Assembly (NCBI GenBank): GCA_964423905.1
Contig: CAYRGX010000004.1
Coordinates: forward strand, 49,319-113,318
Length of the DNA: 64,000 nucleotides
Source of the DNA: an uncultured Leptospirales bacterium
Lineage (GTDB): Bacteria; Spirochaetota; UBA4802; UBA5550
Reading direction: 5' to 3'
Shown: one piece after another, positions 58,987 through 64,000 of the stretch
Layout: every line of letters starts with the position of its first letter
Position numbering within the stretch: the first letter of the stretch is position 1
Translations under genes and position numbers: made by a program
Notes under the pieces: generated by a model
What the model was told of the DNA's origin: nothing
Databases searched by the model: none
What the model saw: only the letters and a program-made list of their open reading frames with translations

Positions 58987-59042
58987 GTTACTATGAATAG
59001 TAACGTCATGAAGTGTTACTATAAATAGTAACACTTCATGAC
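58987..59042 (+). promoter_or_regulatory. tandem palindromic operator-like elements at the trp operon start
   Basis: 18-bp perfect palindrome GTTACTATGAATAGTAAC (58987-59004), then a 38-bp perfect palindrome GTCATGAAGTGTTACTAT-AA-ATAGTAACACTTCATGAC (59005-59042) sharing the GTTACTAT/ATAGTAAC half-site. TTGACA hexamer at 58972-58977. Confidence 0.5.
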
Positions 59043-60543
59043 CAACGCATTACAGGAAAAAGCCATGATACACCCCGGCAGGGAATACTACCTCCAGACA
59101 GGCGCCCACGGCACGAGGATCCCGGTGTACAGGGAAATCGCGGGCGACATGCTGACGCCCATATCCCTCCTCGAATGTTTCTCCGATGTTAAAAACCTGT
59201 TCCTGCTTGAGAGCGCCAACCTCGATAAAAGCTTCTCCCGTTACACCTTTTTCGGTATTCGCCCCGGTCGCATGCTTCTTTTCCAGGACGGGACGCTTGT
59301 CGAGGAAACCGCGGGAGGCCAGACCCGCACAATCGAGACCAATCCCGTAGATTATATCACGCAGGAGCTCTCGCGTGAAAAAGGTGTTTCCGACGGCAGG
59401 TTCGGCAATTTCGGGGGTGGATATGTCGGATATATCGGCTACGACATGGCCAACTATACAGGTATGCTCCGCTCCCCCATCCGCGAGGAATCCTCGTATC
59501 CGACGATGGCCCTGTTCCAGGTCGACGAATTTTACGTGTTCGACAACGCGATGGGAAGGCTCTATGCCGCGGCCTGCCCCCCCTGCGGCGACGATCCCGC
59601 GGCGTCGTACGAAGCCGCGCTTGCCCGCACCGCCGAAATGGCGGTGGAAATACTCGGATCCCACAAGAAAACCGCGATGAGCGACTCCGAGTTCGCGCCC
59701 GAGCAGGATTTCGACCGCGAATCGTTCGTCGCGGCGGTCCAGTCCCTTAAGAACGACATCACCGCGGGTGAGTGCATCCAGGCCGTACTCTCAAACAGAT
59801 ACACCATCCGCGGCAGGATAAACCCAATCCAGCTGTACCGCATGCTCCGCAATATCAATCCCTCACCGTACATGTTTTACCTCAAACACGGGGATCTGGT
59901 GCTCTGCGGCACCTCGCCGGAGATTCACCTGAAAATTACGGAAGGCACCGCGATACTCAAGCCCATTGCAGGGACGTACCCGAACAGGGAGGGACAGGTT
60001 GAAGAAATCAAGGCGGCGCTTCTCAAAGACGAGAAGGAACGCGCGGAGCATCTCATGCTTCTCGATCTCGCGCGCAACGATCTCTACACCGGCTGCGATC
60101 ATGAAAGCGTTCGGGTAACGTCCTCCTTCTCCGCCGAAGTCTACTCGCACGTGATCCATATCGTTTCAGAAGTCCAGGGCAGGGTGAAGCCGGACGTTCA
60201 CCCGTTCAGGCTGTTTTGCAACACCTTCCCCGCGGGAACGGTCTCTGGCGCACCGAAGGTTCGCGCTATGGAACTGATCAACCAGTACGAACGGTCGCCG
60301 CGCGGCTTCTATGCCGGTTGCGCCGGGTACTTTTCATACACGGGCGACATAGATACCTGCATCATCATCCGCAGCGCGTGCGTGACCGCGCGAACCGTGA
60401 CCCTTCGCGCCGGCGCGGGAATCGTCTACGACAGCGTGCCCGAAAGGGAATACGTGGAAGTTGGCAACAAGCTCGGGGCGCTGTTCCAGGCCCTCAACAA
60501 CATACCGGTACTGGAGAAACAAAATGTATTTAATGATCGATAA
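59038..60543 (+). CDS. trpE: anthranilate synthase component I
   Basis: Chorismate-binding domain LLESANLD...; C-terminal GAGIVYDSVPEREYVE. ATG 59065 (AGGAAA SD) is an alternative start. Confidence 0.93.
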   Translation: MTNALQEKAMIHPGREYYLQTGAHGTRIPVYREIAGDMLTPISLLECFSDVKNLFLLESANLDKSFSRYTFFGIRPGRMLLFQDGTLVEETAGGQTRTIETNPVDYITQELSREKGVSDGRFGNFGGGYVGYIGYDMANYTGMLRSPIREESSYPTMALFQVDEFYVFDNAMGRLYAAACPPCGDDPAASYEAALARTAEMAVEILGSHKKTAMSDSEFAPEQDFDRESFVAAVQSLKNDITAGECIQAVLSNRYTIRGRINPIQLYRMLRNINPSPYMFYLKHGDLVLCGTSPEIHLKITEGTAILKPIAGTYPNREGQVEEIKAALLKDEKERAEHLMLLDLARNDLYTGCDHESVRVTSSFSAEVYSHVIHIVSEVQGRVKPDVHPFRLFCNTFPAGTVSGAPKVRAMELINQYERSPRGFYAGCAGYFSYTGDIDTCIIIRSACVTARTVTLRAGAGIVYDSVPEREYVEVGNKLGALFQALNNIPVLEKQNVFNDR

Positions 60544-61114
60544 TTACGATTCTTTCACATACAACCTCCACGCGTTGTTCGCGTCATGCGGCGCAACCAT
60601 GCAAGTCGTAAAAAACAGCCGCTATATCGACGCCGACGAATACGAGGCCCTCATTTTTTCTCCAGGGCCGTCCCGTCCAGAGAGGGCGGGGTTCATGCTC
60701 AGGTACATCACAGAGAACATCGGCAGGGTTCCCATGTTCGGAGTATGCCTGGGAATGCAGGCCCTGGGTTATTCTCTGGGATACCGCATAACATCGGCGC
60801 CCAGCATCATGCACGGGAAGACCGACAGCATTTGTGTCTCGCCAGGCTCCATCCTCTTCGACGGAGTGCCGTCGGGGTTCACCGCCGTCCGCTATCATTC
60901 CCTCGCGGTAAGCGCGGACGATTCGCGGGTGACCGCCCGATCACATACCGACGGTGCCGCCATGGCACTGGAGGATGCGGACCTGTGCGTTTTCGGCGTC
61001 CAGTTCCACCCCGAATCAATTTTGAGCGAAGAGGGGTCCCGCATCGTGCATAATTTCATGTCATTCACCCGGTCGAGGAGGGACAGCAATGGAAACGCTC
61101 ATAGCAAAAACTAA
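60524..61114 (+). CDS. trpG: anthranilate synthase component II (glutamine amidotransferase)
   Basis: MYLMIDNYDSFTYNLH, catalytic GVCLGMQ, HPES. Confidence 0.9.
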   Translation: MYLMIDNYDSFTYNLHALFASCGATMQVVKNSRYIDADEYEALIFSPGPSRPERAGFMLRYITENIGRVPMFGVCLGMQALGYSLGYRITSAPSIMHGKTDSICVSPGSILFDGVPSGFTAVRYHSLAVSADDSRVTARSHTDGAAMALEDADLCVFGVQFHPESILSEEGSRIVHNFMSFTRSRRDSNGNAHSKN

Positions 61115-62111
61115 TTCAGGCGAATCGCTTTCCTTCGAGGAAGCCGTGCCCCTGTTCGAGGCAATGCTCGAGGGCAGCATCACTGACTCCCAGATCGCGT
61201 CGGCACTGATATCCATGAAACTGCGCAGGGAGCGTCCCGGAGAACTCGCCGCGCTCGTCGCGGTCATGAATGCGCGCAAGAAAACCTTCGACGCCGGCAC
61301 GGAATGCGTCGATACCTGCGGCACGGGCGGGGACGGAAAGCAATGCGTGAACGTTTCGACCGCGTGCGCCATTATCCTTGCCGCCATGGGCTTCAACGTC
61401 GCGAAACACGGAAACTACGCCCAGAGCGGGAATGTCGGATCGGCCGATATCCTCACCGCGCTCGGAGTCGACATCCATTCGGATCCCGCCCGATCGATGA
61501 AAAAAACCGGCATGTCCTTCCTGCTCGCGCCCGATTATCACCCGTCGCTAAAATCCATCGGCAGAATCAGGAGGGAGCTGCGCGTGCCGACGGTATTCAA
61601 CATGGCAGGCCCGCTGGCTAATCCCGCCAACCCGGCCATGCAGATCATCGGCCTGTCCTCGCGCGAGAGGATGGAGCTGTGCGCCGGGGCGCTGGCGATG
61701 CTCGGCCGGACCAACGTGACGGTCTACACCTCGGCGGACGGATACGACGAAGTCTCATCCGCCGCCAGGACCGAATGCATTCTCATCGCGTCATCTGGCG
61801 AAAAACGCATAACCATCGATCCGGCGGATTTCTTCGAGCCGTTTCCCATGCCGCGAGCAGGCAACCTGGACGAGGCCCTGCGCCAGTTCATGGCGGGTCT
61901 CGACGGCCGCGACGCGAACATCGCCAACCTCTTCGCCCTGAACGTCGCGCTGGCTCTTTTCGCGTTCAGGGAATGCACCCTCGGGGAGGGGTACCTCGAA
62001 GCAAAAGAATGCATAATGAAAGGCCGCGCGCGGGTTGTCCTTCATGCACTCGTCGAGTGTAGCGAACGTTCCGATGAGGATGCGCTGACCGGCATATCGG
62101 GGAGCGTGTAA
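61089..62111 (+). CDS. trpD: anthranilate phosphoribosyltransferase
   Basis: DTCGTGGDG, NVSTA, canonical TrpD motifs. Confidence 0.93.
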   Translation: METLIAKTNSGESLSFEEAVPLFEAMLEGSITDSQIASALISMKLRRERPGELAALVAVMNARKKTFDAGTECVDTCGTGGDGKQCVNVSTACAIILAAMGFNVAKHGNYAQSGNVGSADILTALGVDIHSDPARSMKKTGMSFLLAPDYHPSLKSIGRIRRELRVPTVFNMAGPLANPANPAMQIIGLSSRERMELCAGALAMLGRTNVTVYTSADGYDEVSSAARTECILIASSGEKRITIDPADFFEPFPMPRAGNLDEALRQFMAGLDGRDANIANLFALNVALALFAFRECTLGEGYLEAKECIMKGRARVVLHALVECSERSDEDALTGISGSV

Positions 62112-62879
62112 ATGGGTACCGGAATAGACACCATCCTCCGCCACAAGCAATCTGAAATTCGATCGCTCCCGAGGGTTGTACCGATGCGCGTTCGCGCCCT
62201 TCATGACCCGACTTTTTTTATCAGGCGAAAACCGATCATCGCGGAGGTGAAAAAAGCGTCACCATCGAGTGGCATCATTAATGCGGATGCCGATCCCGGC
62301 AAAATGGCGGGGATATATCGTGCGGCGGGCGCAGGCGCAATCAGCGTCCTTACGGACAGGGAATTTTTCGGAGGGGGATTTCACTGCCTCGAAAGCGCCG
62401 CCGCAGCCGTCGATATCCCGCTGCTGTGCAAGGATTTCATACTTTCGGAAATCCAGATTGAGCACGCGTGGGCCTCGGGCGCCGACTTCATCCTCCTCAT
62501 AGCCTCGATACTGTCCGAAATCGAGCTCGGCAATCTCTCCAGGGTTGCGCGTTCCCTCGGGATGGACGTTCTCTTCGAAATCCACGAGGCCGGGGAGTTC
62601 GATAAGCTTCACGGGCTGGAGCTGACCATGGTCGGGGTGAATTCCCGCAACCTTGCCACTTTCGCCATCGACCGGGAGTATGCGCGTGATACCCTGCGCA
62701 GTCTCCGGGGCGAGTTTTTAAAAATTGCAGAAAGCGGCATATCGAACGAAATGGACATCCGCGAGTACAGGGAAGCGGGAGCCGATGCGTTCCTCGTGGG
62801 GACCGCCCTCATGAACTCGAGCGACCCGGCGGCCCTGCTCGGGCGATTTCATTCCGCGGCGGTGGCACCATGTTCGTGA
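62112..62879 (+). CDS. trpC: indole-3-glycerol phosphate synthase
   Basis: IIAEVKKASPSSG, LCKDFIL, TIM-barrel IGPS motifs. Confidence 0.93.
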   Translation: MGTGIDTILRHKQSEIRSLPRVVPMRVRALHDPTFFIRRKPIIAEVKKASPSSGIINADADPGKMAGIYRAAGAGAISVLTDREFFGGGFHCLESAAAAVDIPLLCKDFILSEIQIEHAWASGADFILLIASILSEIELGNLSRVARSLGMDVLFEIHEAGEFDKLHGLELTMVGVNSRNLATFAIDREYARDTLRSLRGEFLKIAESGISNEMDIREYREAGADAFLVGTALMNSSDPAALLGRFHSAAVAPCS

Positions 62880-63418
62880 AGGTGTGCGGTCTTACCGAAC
62901 CAGGTCACGTGCTATGGGCCGCCGAGCTCGGTTTTGACGCGGTGGGTGTCGTGCTCCACCGGTATAGTCCCCGCTATTGCACGCCGGGCACGGCCGCAGA
63001 ACTGGCCAACCTCGCCCGGGAAAGCGGGATCACCACGGTTGCCGTCGGTCTCGTCCACGAAGAGGTGGCACCCCTGCGCGGCATATTCGATTACGTGCAG
63101 GTCTACTCCTGGGTGCCGGAAAGTCGCCTCATCCTGGCCGGAGCCGAAGCGCCCGCCGAAGAAGCCGATTACGAATACTTTCTCTACGATGCGAGCAGGG
63201 GAAGCGGAACGCGCAAACACTTTCCTCCCTGGCTTTCCGCCTATCGCGACAGGCTCATCCTCTCGGGCGGTCTCGATCCCGGGAACGTGCATGCGGCGAT
63301 CGCCGGGATATCGCCTTTCGGTGTCGACGTTTCGAGCGGGGTGGAGGAAGCGCGCGGGAAAAAATCCTACCGGCTCATGAAGGAATTTTTACGGGAGGCC
63401 CGACGTGAAATTGAATAG
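62870..63418 (+). CDS. trpF: phosphoribosylanthranilate isomerase
   Basis: MFVKVCGLT...AGADAVGVV-type PRAI N-terminus; position in trp operon. Confidence 0.88.
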   Translation: MFVKVCGLTEPGHVLWAAELGFDAVGVVLHRYSPRYCTPGTAAELANLARESGITTVAVGLVHEEVAPLRGIFDYVQVYSWVPESRLILAGAEAPAEEADYEYFLYDASRGSGTRKHFPPWLSAYRDRLILSGGLDPGNVHAAIAGISPFGVDVSSGVEEARGKKSYRLMKEFLREARREIE

Positions 63419-64000
63419 GGGTTTTTACGGCAATTACGGCGGGCAATTCGTACCGGAAACGCTTATACCGGCACTCGATCGTCTGGAGGATGCTTTCCGT
63501 GATTTCACGAACGACGCCGGCGCACGCGCGGAGCTTGCGGACATCCTGCATCGCTACGCAGGGAGACCCACCCCGCTCTATCACGCGAAGCGTCTTTCCG
63601 CGCGCGCGGGCGTTGACATTTACCTGAAACGGGAGGACCTGCTGCACACCGGCGCGCACAAGATCAACAACACATTGGGGCAGGCCATGCTCGCGCGATC
63701 CATGGGCAAGCCCCGCGTTATCGCCGAAACCGGCGCGGGCCAGCATGGCGTCGCGTCCGCGACCGCGGCGGCCCTTTTCGGGCTTCAGTGCACGGTCTAC
63801 ATGGGCAATATCGATGTTATCCGACAGTCAAAGAACGTCGAAAAAATGACTCTCCTCGGGGCCGAGGTGCGCCCTGTGAAAGACGGCCAGCAAACCCTCA
63901 AGGAAGCGGTAAGCGCCGCACTCAGGGACTGGGTCGAGCGCGTACAGGACACACACTACCTAATCGGATCCGCGGTTGGCCCGCATCCCTTTCCAAGGAT
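63405..64000 (+). CDS. trpB: tryptophan synthase beta chain (N-terminal part; runs off window)
   Basis: GTG start with GGGAGG SD; [18 protein letters not shown]-Lys motif HTGAHKINN. Confidence 0.9.
   Translation, partial: MKLNRGFYGNYGGQFVPETLIPALDRLEDAFRDFTNDAGARAELADILHRYAGRPTPLYHAKRLSARAGVDIYLKREDLLHTGAHKINNTLGQAMLARSMGKPRVIAETGAGQHGVASATAAALFGLQCTVYMGNIDVIRQSKNVEKMTLLGAEVRPVKDGQQTLKEAVSAALRDWVERVQDTHYLIGSAVGPHPFPR

Noticed and set aside
58725-59000. 91-aa ORF in the trpE upstream spacer as possible Trp leader peptide
   Set aside because: No tandem Trp codons, no SD, odd composition; not a credible attenuator leader.
1-64000. CRISPR arrays, tRNA/rRNA genes, transposases/integrases/prophage genes
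   Set aside because: No regularly spaced direct repeats seen, no ORF with recognisable transposase/integrase/phage motifs, and no intergenic region with tRNA-like cloverleaf hallmarks. These were checked by eye only, so small RNAs may be missed.

Overview
High-GC (~60%) bacterial chromosomal segment with about 65 protein-coding genes and no rRNA, tRNA, CRISPR array or obvious mobile element. Most genes are housekeeping. Recognised genes: hisD (partial, window edge), a NarL-type two-component pair, nadE, the rpsF-ssb-rpsR-(membrane protein)-rplI-dnaB block, pcm, a peroxiredoxin, valS, a CDF transporter, parAB, metG, ricT/yaaT-holB-yaaR, bactofilin, an aminotransferase plus penicillin-acylase-family operon, a paaK-ACT-iorA-iorB arylpyruvate/arylacetate cluster, a membrane H+-pyrophosphatase, a LysE exporter, a THUMP methyltransferase, a SPOR protein, coaE, and a trpE-G-D-C-F-B operon running off the window end. 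The gene order (rpsF-ssb-rpsR-yybS-like-rplI-dnaB; yaaR-holB-yaaT; metG) is Firmicutes-like despite the high GC. The most unusual observations are: tandem perfect palindromes (18 bp and 38 bp) at the trpE start; a DUF2232/YybS-like membrane gene split by a frame break in poly-A tracts; a lower-GC island (about 52.4-55.7 kb) carrying an M28 peptidase, a Cys-rich mini-protein, a YbjN/T3SS-chaperone-like protein and an uncharacterised 486-aa two-TM protein; a secreted Cys-rich mini-protein with a duplicated C-x3-C-x6-C-x3-C module; a compact unannotated 56-aa gene with its own promoter, strong SD and a bidirectional terminator; and a large DUF2339-like membrane protein translationally coupled to an M48 peptidase and MarC. 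No homology searches could be run. All functional calls rest on motifs recognised by eye and on gene context.
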